Shown: positions 1 to 9,883 of the stretch, piece by piece
Numbering within the stretch: position 1 is the first letter of the stretch
How the letters are laid out: every line of letters begins with the position of its first letter
DNA from: a virus
Reading direction: 5' to 3' (one strand)
IMG/VR virus record: IMGVR_UViG_3300023184_000107
Coordinates: 3,651 to 67,650 of that record
DNA: 64,000 nt
Translations under genes and position numbers: made by a program
Notes under the pieces: model-generated
Database searches by the model: none
Told to the model about the DNA's origin: nothing
What the model saw: only the letters and a program-made list of their open reading frames with translations

Positions 1-116
1 TCCCAGAACTTGAGTTTGGCAAATGCATTATTGCTTATATTGCTCTTATACTGTGAGCCATCCAGTGTTTTAAGCTTGGTTACTATTGCGTTTAAAATAC
101 TTGTTCTTTTGGTCAT
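1..116 (-). CDS. tail terminator protein (T5 p142-like), 5' part, runs off the window
   Basis: Hand-translated MTKRTSILNAIVTKLKTLDGSQYKSNISNNAFAKLKFW; ATGA overlap with upstream gene; T5 synteny. Confidence 0.6.
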   Translation of the reverse strand, partial: MTKRTSILNAIVTKLKTLDGSQYKSNISNNAFAKLKFW

Positions 117-1381
117 AGTGATACAGCTCTCAAACGATTACCTACCTTTAGTGCAGCAATTTCTCTGATTGATTTTGCAATCAACAGCTTAGGGTCTCGG
201 GAAACAGGCTTGCCCTGAGCATAACCTGGTTCAAATGTCTGGTAGGGATTTCGCATATAGTTGTAAAAAGCTGTAATCATGCCGGCCCTACTCTCACTCA
301 TGCGTTGTACGCTGGCTGACGCCGCTAGGCGTCCGGTTTTGAGATTTAATATGTTCCTGCTACTACCATCACCCATGTTAGCGCTAATTACACTTTGTAA
401 ATTTTGGTTAATTAAGTTTTGTAGGCTTATTAATGAGTATGTAGGCTTAGTACTAGCCGCTTTAGATAAATTACTGACTACTTTACTAGAAGATACTTTA
501 GGCTTACCTGTATCTAATTGTGATTTTGCACTAGGTTTTTTTACGTGTTTACTGGTAGAGTGCTTATTAGTTAAATTAGCTATTATTCCTAGTTCAATGT
601 CTTGCACTATGCTATTAGAACCGGGTGTTACTATTATATCATTAACAAACTCACGAGAACTAACATACTCAGTAATTCTTTTGGAGATAAGTTTTTCGTA
701 CTTACTTATCTCATTATTTAAGGTTTGGGTTTGTAGTGTTACCACTACTACTATACCACCCAATATTTTATTAAATTGCTTAGTATTAAAATCTGGTCTA
801 GTAAAAGAGTACTCAGCTCCAAATTCGTGTAAACTATATAGTTCTGATATCTGGCTGCCAATAACCTCAGCAGCTGCAGATGAAAGTGGCACGCTGTTAA
901 ATAACTTTATAAGTTTTTCTTCTAGGGGGCTTCTTGCACCACCAATATTAGTAGTTGGCATGTGTCCTATATTTGCTACAGTTTTACCGGTTTCATCTTT
1001 GCCAGTAAACTTAGACTGTATACTGTTTACATTCTTAATAATGTTACTTATTCTTGATTGAACTGAACTATAAGAGGGTCCTAGTACGTATATACCATAC
1101 TCACGATCAATTACTAAACTTACATTACCTCTAGCAGCTAATTTAATTTGTTTTATGGCCTTATCTAACTTGCTGTAAGTATTGGTACTAAAAGCTATCT
1201 GAAATTCCTGTATTAGTAAAGAATAAGTTTCCTCAGTAATATCTGGATCAGAAGACTTTAGAGCACTAAAAGATATATCTACTAAGTGAATGTTTTTATC
1301 TAGTGAATTTCTGAACCCCTCTGTAGTAGATAGTGCTATTTTTTCGCACTTATTTAATACTGCTTGTGGTATAAGTGACAT
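113..1381 (-). CDS. tail completion protein (T5 p143-like), 422 aa
   Basis: Position between head completion and tail terminator; C-terminal LKTGRLA...YMRNPYQTFEPG...RDPKLLI region. Confidence 0.6.
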   Translation of the reverse strand: MSLIPQAVLNKCEKIALSTTEGFRNSLDKNIHLVDISFSALKSSDPDITEETYSLLIQEFQIAFSTNTYSKLDKAIKQIKLAARGNVSLVIDREYGIYVLGPSYSSVQSRISNIIKNVNSIQSKFTGKDETGKTVANIGHMPTTNIGGARSPLEEKLIKLFNSVPLSSAAAEVIGSQISELYSLHEFGAEYSFTRPDFNTKQFNKILGGIVVVVTLQTQTLNNEISKYEKLISKRITEYVSSREFVNDIIVTPGSNSIVQDIELGIIANLTNKHSTSKHVKKPSAKSQLDTGKPKVSSSKVVSNLSKAASTKPTYSLISLQNLINQNLQSVISANMGDGSSRNILNLKTGRLAASASVQRMSESRAGMITAFYNYMRNPYQTFEPGYAQGKPVSRDPKLLIAKSIREIAALKVGNRLRAVSL

Positions 1382-1950
1382 TAAGCATAACTCGCAGTAT
1401 GTAAATCTAACACACGTTTAATATTTGCTGGCAGGTTAGTGGTAGTAATATACTCTACCTGCATAGTATTGGGTTGGGCTGAACCAGTTGCGTGCACAGC
1501 ACTGTCATTCTTTAGGTAGTAACTAGTTAGGTCTAATACAGCTAATTTAAGATCTGCAGGAATAGTTTCGTATCCAGCATTATAGGTAAGTTTGTAACCA
1601 TTTATTAGTATGGGAAAATCCTTGTTAATATAGCGAATAGATCCGTTGGCCCTATTAAGTGCATAATCAGTAAATTCTATTAACTCTGTATATGTGCTTC
1701 CATAGTCTTTTGATACTTCTAGACCGTAAACTGAAATTACGGGCCACTCTTCTGGCATGTAACTAGCTGTTCCACCCTCAAAATATTCTGTTTTATACTC
1801 AGTTACATAGTCAATAAAACTACGACGACAAATGGTTTTTACTAGGTCGCTTACTTTAGGTATTAGTACGTCTAAAACTGCATCACTATTAGTACTGGAA
1901 ATTCCTGCATAGGTCTTGTACTCGGTTCTTGTAATTAAGTCTAGTCCCAT
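1381..1950 (-). CDS. head completion / head-tail adaptor protein
   Basis: Directly downstream of capsid gene; YNAGY..IPADLKLAVL motif typical of gp15/gp6-type connectors. Confidence 0.75.
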   Translation of the reverse strand: MGLDLITRTEYKTYAGISSTNSDAVLDVLIPKVSDLVKTICRRSFIDYVTEYKTEYFEGGTASYMPEEWPVISVYGLEVSKDYGSTYTELIEFTDYALNRANGSIRYINKDFPILINGYKLTYNAGYETIPADLKLAVLDLTSYYLKNDSAVHATGSAQPNTMQVEYITTTNLPANIKRVLDLHTASYA

Positions 1951-1998
1951 GTTTGTTCCTTTATTCTTTTATATGCCTAGTACACTAAGCATATAAAA

Positions 1999-2021
1999 GA
2001 AGGAAGCCGAAGCTTCCCTCT
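1999..2021 (-). terminator. intrinsic terminator after major capsid gene
   Basis: Hairpin GGAAGC-TTCG-GCTTCC followed by a T-rich tract on the minus strand. Confidence 0.65.
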
Positions 2022-2031
2022 TTATTTTACA

Positions 2032-3963
2032 TTAAGTTATCCAACGGAATACTGATACGCCTTGACCAAGATTAGTTGTAACTTGCTGAAGACCAGTACG
2101 TAGGCTAGCTACTAATACACGACGCTGTGTTTCAGCCATGTCTTGTGTATCAAAACGTAGACCACGTTGATTACCAGCAATAAAGTTGCCTGCAGCAAAA
2201 GCAATAGCACCATAATTAGTAGTAGTACTACTAGTTCCGGTAGCAGGCTTTGATGGGAACATTGAGCTTACTAACACTGGACTATTACCGATGCTGCCAA
2301 CTTGACCAGTTAATAGTGTAGCTTGTACACCAACTTGATTCATGGTTTGGAAAGAGGTATCGTCTAGTAAGTCGTAATATACTTCTGTAGAAACCACATA
2401 GGTAACTTCGGCAGGATCAAGACCCCAAGCACCTAAGTCTTTACGTAGAGCGCGCATGTTAGCAATAGTAGCAACACCTGCTTGTGTAGCAGTTACTGCA
2501 GAAGTTGCGTCATATAGGGCTAGACCCTTGACTGGATCAGCACCACTGCCGGCACCAATTAGGTAAGCTTTGTCAACTGCACGAGCAACACGGCGAATCA
2601 TGCCATCACGAACAATTGGAAGTATAACCATTAAGGCGTCTTCTTCTTCCTCGTAAGCCACATACTCTAGTGAGGCGACTTTAAATGCACTTAAAGTAAT
2701 TTCTTTTAGTGCATGAGTCTGAGCAGCACCAGCACTAGCAGTAGTACCAAAACTGCTGTTAGCCATCCAAGTTGCATCACCAGCTTCTGGATTCACAGGA
2801 ATAGTCATAACATTGGTTTTCATTGCAACGTTACGTAGTAATGGAGCAATAACTAATCTACGACGTACCTCGGCTTCCATGTTCATGGATACTTCTAGTT
2901 CCCATGTAGCACTTGGTAGGTGAGCACCAGTTTTCTCAATTATACCTGTACCATACTTAGTATCACCAATAGCTTTATTTTGCATCTTGGCTAACAGCAC
3001 GGCTTTTTCACGTTCTGCGTAATCGCCAGTAGTTTTGTCGCTATTAAATTGCATTTTGCTATTTTGAAGAGCAGCAATTTCAGCAGCTTTCTCTTTTAGT
3101 GCGCCATGCAGGTCATCAAGCATTTTGCTGGATTTTGTGCTTTCGTCAGCAAAACGAGCTTCAATATCTTTTAGTAGCTTTTCTGCTCCGCTTTCACCAA
3201 CCTTGATAGAAGCAGCAACAGCTTTTTCTACACGAGTATTAAGTTCAGCTTCAGCTTTAGCTTCTGCAGCTGCAACAGCAGCTGTAGCTGCTTGACTGTC
3301 AAGCAAAGCCTTAGTAGCTTGTTCAGCCGCAGACTTAGCAGCAGCGTCAAGCATAGTTTGTAATTCTTTTGGATCCATTTTCCATTCCTTTGTGATTGCG
3401 CTCTTTTTATCTGAGAGAGATTCTAGCCCTTTAGCTGATTCGGCTTTAGGTATAAATTGAGCTTTGAAACTATTGTATTCTTCAGCGTCTGAAAACGCCT
3501 TAGACAGGTTAAATAAAGTATTTTGGTTACAGGGTACTGAAACTACTGAAATTTCAATTAGCTCTAGTTCTTTTACTAAAAATACTTCGGCGGCTGAGTT
3601 GTATTCTGCATCTAGGATTCTAAACCCTATTGAGAAAGCTGTAAGGACTTCGTCCTTAATTAGACTAAAAACTTCAGCAGCCGCTGAAATTCTTGCTTTT
3701 ATGTAAAGTCCTTTAGCGTCTAGCTTGTGCTCAACCATGCGACCAATAGGGTCATCGTGATCATGCTGAGATAGAATGATTGGGTTCTTCAGGTAGTTTT
3801 GCATACCCTTTTCCCACACGCTTGCTGGTACTACATCGCCTTGTCTATCAACATCTACTGTAGAGGCATAGCCTTCAATAAAAATTGAATCAATCTTGTC
3901 TGTGGCAGCCGGCAGTTCTTTAGTAAAAGCACTATTTATATATAATACTTTTGTTTTATCCAT
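2032..3963 (-). CDS. fused HK97-type prohead protease + major capsid protein
   Basis: N-term IEGYAST..DRQGD, QHDHDDPIG, FSIGF, EISVVSVPCN (protease); C-term HK97-fold capsid; internal SD+ATG at 3378. Confidence 0.9.
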   Translation of the reverse strand: MDKTKVLYINSAFTKELPAATDKIDSIFIEGYASTVDVDRQGDVVPASVWEKGMQNYLKNPIILSQHDHDDPIGRMVEHKLDAKGLYIKARISAAAEVFSLIKDEVLTAFSIGFRILDAEYNSAAEVFLVKELELIEISVVSVPCNQNTLFNLSKAFSDAEEYNSFKAQFIPKAESAKGLESLSDKKSAITKEWKMDPKELQTMLDAAAKSAAEQATKALLDSQAATAAVAAAEAKAEAELNTRVEKAVAASIKVGESGAEKLLKDIEARFADESTKSSKMLDDLHGALKEKAAEIAALQNSKMQFNSDKTTGDYAEREKAVLLAKMQNKAIGDTKYGTGIIEKTGAHLPSATWELEVSMNMEAEVRRRLVIAPLLRNVAMKTNVMTIPVNPEAGDATWMANSSFGTTASAGAAQTHALKEITLSAFKVASLEYVAYEEEEDALMVILPIVRDGMIRRVARAVDKAYLIGAGSGADPVKGLALYDATSAVTATQAGVATIANMRALRKDLGAWGLDPAEVTYVVSTEVYYDLLDDTSFQTMNQVGVQATLLTGQVGSIGNSPVLVSSMFPSKPATGTSSTTTNYGAIAFAAGNFIAGNQRGLRFDTQDMAETQRRVLVASLRTGLQQVTTNLGQGVSVFRWIT

Positions 3964-3971
3964 GTAACTCC

Positions 3972-5156
3972 TTATTGCGGTTCCGGTGTTTTCGGAGCTC
4001 CCCCCACACTGGGATCAACCGCTGATCCAGCAATATTAGCTGGTATTCTTATATCATCATTTCCTGCTAGTTTATCATAGCGCAGTTCAATTCTAGCCTC
4101 GTTAGGAGTAAGAATACCTGCGTTTACTAATTTAGTATGATAATCAGCTACATCTATTAAATCTGGTTGCAGTGCTGATACATTAGCAGTAATAGGGGCT
4201 ATATCGTAACCAAAGAAACGCTCTATTGCTGCAACGTATTTGTTTACAATAGGCATTACAGTTTCCAGGTATAGTAATCTGAGATTTGGCGAAATGTTGG
4301 CATTGTTACCACCATCCAACAGGATAGGTGGCACACCTAGTGCTTTTAGTATTTTAATATCGTGGGTTTTAATGCTCTGATCAAAATCCATTTCTTGAAA
4401 TGTTGCAGAGCTAATAGGATTAAGTTTTAACCCGCTATCAAGAATCATGGGACGTTTAGCACCGTTTTTAGGGCTGTATCTGGTAACCCATTGTGCTATT
4501 GTTTTATCTTTGGCTACCTGACTTAGTGTGTTGTCTGTAGTTAGTACCATTCCGGCAACTGCACCATTTTCAAAGAATTGCTCCTGAAAAGTCTGCATTT
4601 TATACAGTATCTTGATATTTCTGTCAGCGCTAGCTAGTCGGCTAGTACCTCTATATACTGAAGTACTGGACAGGTCTTTAATGTGAATTATTTCTTCTGG
4701 CTTGAAATGTACAATGCTATTGTAGGTATACTCTGCTACAAATGTTTTGGGATCTGTTATGGTTTGTACACTTGCGGCAGGCAGGTGGTATAGAAACACA
4801 CCATCATAGTACATGAATATATTACCCTCTAGGATAAAGTCAGTAAATATATTACATCTGAATTCGTTAACTGTTTGGTAGGGGTTTGGGCGATAGTTCA
4901 GTAAGTTGTATAGACTTTTCTGTCTTACACCTACTACAACTCCCTCTATTACTTTATCTTTAATATCATAGTCTAAACTGGCGCAGGCATTAACAATTAA
5001 ATTAGTACCTCTATTAACTGTCTCTAACTTAATAAATGCATCTTTGTATGTAGCAAGAGCATCAGTACTGACGTTAGTACCGCTTTGATATCTAATTGTT
5101 TCTTGTGCAGGGTTCAGCTTCTGAAAGAGCCCTGTTATTTTATTGTACCATGCCAT
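3972..5156 (-). CDS. portal protein (HK97 family)
   Basis: IIHIKD, FFENGA, ILDSGLK, LGVPP, ILTPNEAR motifs; start reassigned to MAWYNK. Confidence 0.9.
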   Translation of the reverse strand: MAWYNKITGLFQKLNPAQETIRYQSGTNVSTDALATYKDAFIKLETVNRGTNLIVNACASLDYDIKDKVIEGVVVGVRQKSLYNLLNYRPNPYQTVNEFRCNIFTDFILEGNIFMYYDGVFLYHLPAASVQTITDPKTFVAEYTYNSIVHFKPEEIIHIKDLSSTSVYRGTSRLASADRNIKILYKMQTFQEQFFENGAVAGMVLTTDNTLSQVAKDKTIAQWVTRYSPKNGAKRPMILDSGLKLNPISSATFQEMDFDQSIKTHDIKILKALGVPPILLDGGNNANISPNLRLLYLETVMPIVNKYVAAIERFFGYDIAPITANVSALQPDLIDVADYHTKLVNAGILTPNEARIELRYDKLAGNDDIRIPANIAGSAVDPSVGGAPKTPEPQ

Positions 5157-5163
5157 AGTGTTC

Positions 5164-5583
5164 CTAGTAGAAACGCCCAAAATTACCACGCACACTGGCG
5201 GTACCAGTGTGTGTACTTTTAGACTTTTGTATCTCAATCCAGTTATTCTGCTTTACGGCGCTGGCTAAAGATGGTGCTTTACCATATATGCCATGTAGCT
5301 TTATGTGATGGCTACGACATAGTGTGTAAACATCCTTATAAATCTCTTGATGGTAATCTGTAATAAAGTCATCTCTAACTGCGAGTATGCCTGCATCAGT
5401 GCTAATATCATAGCCCTTACGTAGTGACCAGGCATTCAGTAACAGAGTAATAGAGTGAGTATGGTGTAGCTCCAGTTCTTGACTGGTTCCACAGATGTAG
5501 CAGCTGTCTTTTTTGTCATATGCTGCCTTGGCACGATCACGCACCCACTTTACTGGAATACGGTTGTTGGTGTTTGCTGCCAT
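5164..5583 (-). CDS. HNH nicking endonuclease (T5 SciA-like)
   Basis: CYICG..ELELHH...TLCRSHH..LH; lies between portal and TerL as in T5. Confidence 0.8.
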   Translation of the reverse strand: MAANTNNRIPVKWVRDRAKAAYDKKDSCYICGTSQELELHHTHSITLLLNAWSLRKGYDISTDAGILAVRDDFITDYHQEIYKDVYTLCRSHHIKLHGIYGKAPSLASAVKQNNWIEIQKSKSTHTGTASVRGNFGRFY

Positions 5584-5611
5584 TTTTATCCAGCTGTATT
5601 TTTTACTACTA

Positions 5612-5641
5612 TATTATATCATGATAGCAGCATGGTGTCAA
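5612..5641 (-). promoter_or_regulatory. sigma70-type promoter for nickase/portal/capsid operon
   Basis: TTGACA-17-TATAAT on minus strand. Confidence 0.75.
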
Positions 5642-5713
5642 TAACTAAATTTTTGGTGCTGGTTGTAACGCTGTTAGCCCACCAGCACAGACGGCGTAGG
5701 TGGGCTGTAAAAG

Positions 5714-7036
5714 TTATAGTGTGTAGGTGTACAGTGCGTATCTGAGTGCATCTGCAATGTGACTGTTGCGGTCATGGTCTGGACGCTCGATGCCGCTAGC
5801 TGCATCAGTTTTCCAGCGATAGCCGTTCAGCATTTGCAGTGTATGTGTGCAGTGTGGAGCGACCCTAAGCCGGCCAGACTCTACAATGGTCTGAACATAG
5901 GCAATGCCTTCCAGCACCTGCTTTTTAGCCTTAATAGTGCTAATGTCGTAGATGTAGGCTAGGTCACTGGCAAACTGAGCAGCTGCACTATCTATAAACA
6001 CAGTTTCAACTGACCAGCGACTACACAGCTGCTTGAACTGCTCAGCATGCTCAGCAGTTGTGGCCTGTGACTCCAGGTACTCGTCTACCACATGAAATTG
6101 TTGCAGACGTGGATCATAGGCTACGACTACTAGGGCTGTGGGATCTCTGTAACCTGGATCCATGCCAGCTATATACTCACAGCCGTCTGTGGCCGTAAAT
6201 TCTGCTATGTAACTGTCCTGCCAGTCCACATAGATCTGACCCTCAAATGTGGTAAATGACGCCATATACTCCTGAGCGAACTCAGCCTTGCTCATTGAGC
6301 GACGAGCTTCTGCTACGTCTGACTCTGTCATTCTGGTATTCTCAGTATAGTCTGCCTGAATACTTACCCACTCAGGATATTCTGCACTAAAGCCTCTGTC
6401 AAAGAATTCTGAGAACCAGTTAGTGCGGCCGCGAGGCGTGCTAATAAATATGGCCTTGCTGTTAGGCTTGTCTAGTGTGGGACGTAGTGCTACATTAAAT
6501 GCATCCTTGCCACCACTGCTGAGTGCAGCCTCGTCAAATATAATTAAGTCATAGCTGCGTCCAACTGAGCTGTCCACAGTTGAGATTGATCCCATTCTGA
6601 TAGTGCTCCCATTAGCCAACTCTATAACCTTGTCTTTAAGATTATCCTTTTCAACCTCTAGGTCAAAGCTCTTGATCAGCTTGCGCTGTAGTTCAAAACT
6701 GATGGCACTTAGGCTGTAGTTGGGTGACATAATCAACACGTTACAGCCAGGTACTAGTACTACCAGTTGTCCTATCACATTGGCTATGTAGGTTTTGCCC
6801 AACCTGCGGCTTAGTGCTGCACATATGAAACGGTAACGGGGGCTGTTGACAGCGTTAATCAGTGCAGTTTGGGGTCTGTTAAGCTCGTCCCAAGCAGTTG
6901 ATCTGGCATAGGTAACTGCATCAACAGCAGGTAACAGCCGAAGGTAAGCTGCGACTGACAGCTTAATAAACCTAGTACTAGCTGCAAACTCTGTGATTAA
7001 GTCACCACTTACATCATCTCTGCTTATATTTAACAT
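5714..7036 (-). CDS. terL: terminase large subunit
   Basis: Walker A SRRLGKT, Walker B IIFDEAA, ISTPRG, nuclease MDPG and HIADALRY; start reassigned to MLNISR. Confidence 0.95.
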   Translation of the reverse strand: MLNISRDDVSGDLITEFAASTRFIKLSVAAYLRLLPAVDAVTYARSTAWDELNRPQTALINAVNSPRYRFICAALSRRLGKTYIANVIGQLVVLVPGCNVLIMSPNYSLSAISFELQRKLIKSFDLEVEKDNLKDKVIELANGSTIRMGSISTVDSSVGRSYDLIIFDEAALSSGGKDAFNVALRPTLDKPNSKAIFISTPRGRTNWFSEFFDRGFSAEYPEWVSIQADYTENTRMTESDVAEARRSMSKAEFAQEYMASFTTFEGQIYVDWQDSYIAEFTATDGCEYIAGMDPGYRDPTALVVVAYDPRLQQFHVVDEYLESQATTAEHAEQFKQLCSRWSVETVFIDSAAAQFASDLAYIYDISTIKAKKQVLEGIAYVQTIVESGRLRVAPHCTHTLQMLNGYRWKTDAASGIERPDHDRNSHIADALRYALYTYTL

Positions 7037-8166
7037 AGCGCTAGTAACCGTTCTGCATTTGCCAGTGTGGTGTCCCAGTCGTTGTAGTTGTCTACAACGT
7101 ATACTGAACTGTACCAGGGGTTCTGTACGCCTGGCAGCCCCCATCTGAAGTCTGTGTCACGACTAGGCTGCATCATGATACAGGGCTTGCCTAGTGTGCC
7201 AGCTAGGTGCACAATTGAGGTGTCTACTGAGATTACAACATCTAGGCCTAACACATAGTCGATGGTTTGCTGCCAACTGGTACTAGCCAGTGGTGTTATG
7301 GTGCTGTGTTTAGCATCTGCAGGATTTAGACCCCATAATGTTCCATAAGTAGCAAATCTAGCAAAGTTGTAGATGGCAATACTTCGGTTATAGTCGTTGG
7401 CATGGGTTGGGCTACCTGAGGCCACCACTCCAATGTGCCTGCCAGTACCAAAACGGTGTGGTGTGCCTGACAGGTAGTTAGCTACTGGTATAACTCCAAA
7501 TATTCCAGGAAGACTACATAGTGGTATGCTTACAGATCCAGATACTGTTTCTGAGCAAGTATAGCCTGGAAATAAGCAGTTAAGGCTGGCATGACAATTT
7601 ATGATAACGTCACTAAAATACGGCTTGAGTAATGCTAAGTATCTAGCAAACTGTATCTTGTCGCCGATGCCCTGCTCAGTGAGTACACAAATTGAGGTAC
7701 CCTTACTGACACCATCCCATCTGGGTATTGACGTGTCAATTACAACTGAGCCTGGGCCTCTATTAAATCTGTACTCATACATAGGCCAGCCTGCGACACT
7801 ATTTGAGGCCTTGAGTTCACAATTGCCTAAATTCCAGATGCACTCAGTGTAAAGTGGGTCTAGGGTTAGTGCTGCACGATAAAAGCGTTCTGCGTCAGTT
7901 AAGTTATTGCGGCTGTATTCCAGTAGTCCAATGTTATTGAGTGCGCTAGGGTAACTGCCAAAACGTCCATCGCTAAACGGCGTGTTGCTGTTAGCAGCTA
8001 GTAGGTATGCGTCAAGTGCATCATCATCAAGATTCAGATACCTGTAGCAGTTGCCTAGGTTTAGGTAGCACTCCTTGAACTGGTGGGTACGTAGTTGACG
8101 ACGAAAAACTGCTGCAGCCTTGGCATAACGGCCTGACTCTAATAAGCGTGTACCACGATTATACAT
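7030..8166 (-). CDS. TPR-repeat protein with C-terminal GT9/heptosyltransferase-like domain
   Basis: TPR repeats (YLNLG, LNNIG, WNLG); EQGIGDKIQFARY and DVVISVDTSIVHLAG motifs. Confidence 0.8.
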   Translation of the reverse strand: MYNRGTRLLESGRYAKAAAVFRRQLRTHQFKECYLNLGNCYRYLNLDDDALDAYLLAANSNTPFSDGRFGSYPSALNNIGLLEYSRNNLTDAERFYRAALTLDPLYTECIWNLGNCELKASNSVAGWPMYEYRFNRGPGSVVIDTSIPRWDGVSKGTSICVLTEQGIGDKIQFARYLALLKPYFSDVIINCHASLNCLFPGYTCSETVSGSVSIPLCSLPGIFGVIPVANYLSGTPHRFGTGRHIGVVASGSPTHANDYNRSIAIYNFARFATYGTLWGLNPADAKHSTITPLASTSWQQTIDYVLGLDVVISVDTSIVHLAGTLGKPCIMMQPSRDTDFRWGLPGVQNPWYSSVYVVDNYNDWDTTLANAERLLALC

Positions 8167-8647
8167 TAATGGTGTCCTGAACGGGTGCGGTCATAAGTTT
8201 ACTGATTAACTCTGAGTACTTGCTGCCACCTGACTCATTGATCTGAATATTGGTCTGTGTTTTGATGTTGCTGGCGCGTAGGCTTTCCAGCTTGATCTCA
8301 CGATCCATGTGCTCCATAAGCATACGATGCTTGAGTGCTAGTAGCTCTGTGATATCTTTATTGCTGCCAGTTTCTGCCTCATCCATGTCCTGCAATTTGC
8401 GGCGGATAATGCCGTCGAGTAAATCACCCATCCTGAAACGGTTGTTGAATCCCAGGCTGTAGAACACCTGGTCAATGTACTGCTTGACTTCCCGGCGCGC
8501 TAGTGTGTCTGTGATGACGTGCACACTCACGTTTAGACTGTCAGCCACAGCTGCAAGGTCTGGATTTTCTAGATAGGTGTTGGCAATTAGTAAGGCTTCA
8601 GGACTTATGTTAAGTGCTTCAGCTGGGGTAACAGTGGGTAGTGACAT
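8159..8647 (-). CDS. terS: terminase small subunit
   Basis: ISPEAL.IANTYL, GFNNRF, SNKDI, QININ motifs recalled from T5-like TerS; start reassigned to MSLPT. Confidence 0.8.
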   Translation of the reverse strand: MSLPTVTPAEALNISPEALLIANTYLENPDLAAVADSLNVSVHVITDTLARREVKQYIDQVFYSLGFNNRFRMGDLLDGIIRRKLQDMDEAETGSNKDITELLALKHRMLMEHMDREIKLESLRASNIKTQTNIQINESGGSKYSELISKLMTAPVQDTINV

Positions 8648-8669
8648 AGTGGAGTGGGTAGTTTTGATA

Positions 8670-8698
8670 ATTATAACTGGTTTAAGCAAGCATGTCAA
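8670..8698 (-). promoter_or_regulatory. promoter upstream of terS
   Basis: TTGACA-17-TATAAT on minus strand. Confidence 0.75.
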
Positions 8699-8987
8699 CT
8701 CCAAAATTTCGTGAGTTTGGCACCCAAAGTTTTGCAGGGGTTTTTTAAATATGGCCGTGTGGGAGGGCGGGACTGCTATCATTATAATAGCAGTCTGCGA
8801 ACCGCCCTATGCTATTATAATAGTATAAACTGTATAAACTGTTTATACGGTTTATATGCACTAGCATACAAAAATCAAAAAGTCAACAAAAAAATTTAAA
8901 TTTATTTTAATTTTTTTTTTGTGTTTTCTGTAAGAATGCCTTGTAAACCCCTATAATACGTTAACGCAACAAAATCGGTAACTCAAA

Positions 8988-9341
8988 ATGAAACGCACTC
9001 CCCTTGAATTGTTTTTCGCTAAGTCACTCAAAATGGCACGCTCACGCAACAAGATGAAGGGTATGGCTAACGACGACAATGTAACTGTGGCCTATCTTGT
9101 AGGCTTGTTTCATGGGCAAAATGGGCTTTGCGTGCATACTGGTGAAACCATGACAATTGAACGGGGTTTAATTGATGGTGCAGTTTGTCCTGACTTATGC
9201 ACTATGGACAGAATCGACAATCGTATGGGATATGATGTTGGGAATATCATGCTTTGCTGCGATGGTATCAATCGTATGCGAGGTGACTTATCCCTGAAAA
9301 AATTTCGGGCATTGTGCAAGAGAATCGGTCTTGCAGATTGA
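8988..9341 (+). CDS. HNH-like endonuclease
   Basis: MDRIDNRMGYDVGNIMLCC..INRMR motif. Confidence 0.65.
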   Translation: MKRTPLELFFAKSLKMARSRNKMKGMANDDNVTVAYLVGLFHGQNGLCVHTGETMTIERGLIDGAVCPDLCTMDRIDNRMGYDVGNIMLCCDGINRMRGDLSLKKFRALCKRIGLAD

Positions 9342-9365
9342 TTATATACTACAGAAACATATAAT

Positions 9366-9482
9366 ATGAAAACATATACTAACAAACAAATCACAGAATT
9401 TGCAAAATTCTGCACTCGGCACGATATTACTTTCAGTAATATCACAGAATATAATGCTGCAATAGCACAATACTATATATAA
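9366..9482 (+). CDS. 38-aa microprotein (paralog of 9884-10009)
   Basis: Hand-translated MKTYTNKQITEFAKFCTRHDITFSNITEYNAAIAQYYI. Confidence 0.6.
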   Translation: MKTYTNKQITEFAKFCTRHDITFSNITEYNAAIAQYYI

Positions 9483-9495
9483 TTGTATACTATAC

Positions 9496-9655
9496 ATAAC
9501 CTGTGGATAACCTGTGGATATGTATAACCTGTGAATAACCTGTGGATAACCTGTGGATATGTATAACCTGTGGATAACCTGTGGATAACCTGTGGATAAC
9601 CTGTGGATATGTATAACCTGTGGATAACCTGTGGATATGTATAACCTGTGGATAT
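9496..9655. repeat. tandem array of 12 DnaA-box-like 9-mers (11/17-bp period)
   Basis: 6x TGTGGATAA, 1x TGTGAATAA, 5x TGTGGATAT, all co-oriented. Confidence 0.9.
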
Positions 9656-9711
9656 AGTATAGTAACTAATCTAAATTTTGCGCCAGTACCGGCGCCAGTA
9701 TGCCTGCTATT

Positions 9712-9787
9712 GGTCGCGTCAAGCGACCGCTATGCTAATCATAGCGGGGCGCGCCAAAATTATATCACACTATAGCGCACTCTGCAA
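9712..9787 (-). promoter_or_regulatory. palindrome cassette 1 with leftward promoter
   Basis: GGTCGC-n5-GCGACC + GCTAT-n7-ATAGC; TTGCAG-17-TATAAT on minus strand (9759-9787). Confidence 0.7.
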
Positions 9788-9883
9788 CAAAAATAGTTTT
9801 ATTTATTTTTGAGATTTGCAACAATACCACACTTCCTGGTGCAATCTGGTATATAATGGACACTTAGCAACAAGGGGCAAAAA

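Noticed and set aside
279-1061. 260-aa plus-strand ORF and similar antisense ORFs (3464, 7601, 8250, 18955, 48815, 55430, 59897)
   Set aside because: Shadow frames opposite well-supported genes.
9496-9655. CRISPR array
   Set aside because: Units are contiguous 11/17-bp repeats without unique spacers; no cas genes in the window.
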